IMG/VR virus record: IMGVR_UViG_2925891887_000008
DNA length: 38,557 nucleotides
Source: a virus
Taxonomy: Duplodnaviria; Heunggongvirae; Uroviricota; Caudoviricetes
Direction: 5' to 3' (one strand)
Shown piece by piece: positions 37,835 through 38,557 of this stretch. Every line of letters begins with the position of its first letter. Position 1 is the stretch's first letter. The notes under the pieces were generated by a model, which saw only the letters and a program-made list of their open reading frames with translations, did no database searches and had not been told where the DNA came from. The translations under genes were made by a program, and so were the position numbers.

Positions 37835-38557
37835 ATGGTTAAGTTTTTGTTTCAATTCCCAATATTCGACTTCTCCTTAACATTTGATATTATCGAGACG
37901 TTAATCACTCATAGCGAATCATCAATCGCTAAGGGTATAGCAGAATATAAAGACAAAGGACCTGAAGAATATATAATTGAAATATCTCCGGAAGATGGTG
38001 TATATCAGTCAATTGATCATTACATGGGACTCACCAGCTCATCGCTAGATCTCGATGAAATGTTTTTAGAATACTACCCAAGTATTATCCGCAGGTCAGT
38101 ATTCTTAACTATATTCGGAATTTTTGAGCACGAAATAGAAAAATTCTGTAACAACTTTGCTAATAGACATCATTCTCCTATAAATGTTTCAGATCTCAAA
38201 GGAAGTGGATTTGAGAGGAGCCATCTATTTATCAAAAAAATGATAGGGATGAAGTCAACATCCCACTATTCGAATATCAAAAAAATAACAAAATTAAGAA
38301 ACAGTTGTGCGCATAATGATGCAAAATACTTAGAAAACGATGGGCAAAATATTAAAAGCATTATTGAACTTATAGAAAAATATCCTGATTTTTTTAAAAA
38401 AGATGGAAAACAGGTCCTATTTATGGAGGGCTCGTTAAGCATGATCTTGAACTCATTCAAAGAGTATCTTTCTGATGTTGAAAGAGCCTTAGATGAATTC
38501 GAAAAACAAAGCACTAGTGGCGACAAAGTGGCGGCAGCGGTTGGCATTACCCCGTAA
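37835..38557 (+). CDS. AT-rich cargo protein (240 aa) with Rx4H (HEPN-like) motif; candidate abortive-infection/toxin RNase
   Basis: ATG at 37835; motif KLRNSCAHND fits the RNxxxH HEPN signature; the ORF crosses the att core and ends in host-side DNA. Confidence 0.45.
   Translation: MVKFLFQFPIFDFSLTFDIIETLITHSESSIAKGIAEYKDKGPEEYIIEISPEDGVYQSIDHYMGLTSSSLDLDEMFLEYYPSIIRRSVFLTIFGIFEHEIEKFCNNFANRHHSPINVSDLKGSGFERSHLFIKKMIGMKSTSHYSNIKKITKLRNSCAHNDAKYLENDGQNIKSIIELIEKYPDFFKKDGKQVLFMEGSLSMILNSFKEYLSDVERALDEFEKQSTSGDKVAAAVGITP
38518..38539. repeat. Prophage attachment core, right copy (TGGCGACAAAGTGGCGGCAGCG)
   Basis: 21 of 22 identity with 3281..3302. Confidence 0.6.

Overview
The window is an Enterobacteriaceae (E. 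coli-like) chromosomal segment. The first 3.2 kb is host backbone: ybjC, grxA, ybjM, ybjL and the sigma-E-dependent sRNA RybB. From about 3281 to 38539 lies a P2/186-family prophage, bounded by a 22-bp imperfect direct repeat (att core), and the window ends 18 bp past the right core copy. The prophage carries a near-complete P2-type late region (ogr, D, U, T, E/E', FII, FI, tail fibre and assembly, I, J, W, V, S, R, lysis cassette, X, L, M, N, O, P, Q), a candidate cos site, a LexA-box-controlled DinI-like/Tum-like operon, a replication module (A, dam, TraR-like zinc finger) and a 186-like immunity module (cII, apl, cI, int). Two insertion sequences are present: IS1, with a 9-bp target duplication, splits an AT-rich cargo gene between V and S, and an ISL3-family element, with an 8-bp target duplication, sits 37 bp upstream of int. 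The most interesting content is the AT-rich cargo at four positions: (1) an IS1-disrupted, roughly 590-aa DUF262/ParB-like protein between V and S; (2) a three-helix membrane protein followed by three tandem paralogous proline-rich micro-ORFs between Q and cos; (3) a secreted protein between cos and the SOS operon; (4) a 240-aa protein with an Rx4H (HEPN-like) motif between int and the right att core, plus a small secreted Cys-containing peptide after cI. All calls rest on reading the sequence and remembered family features; no database search was run.
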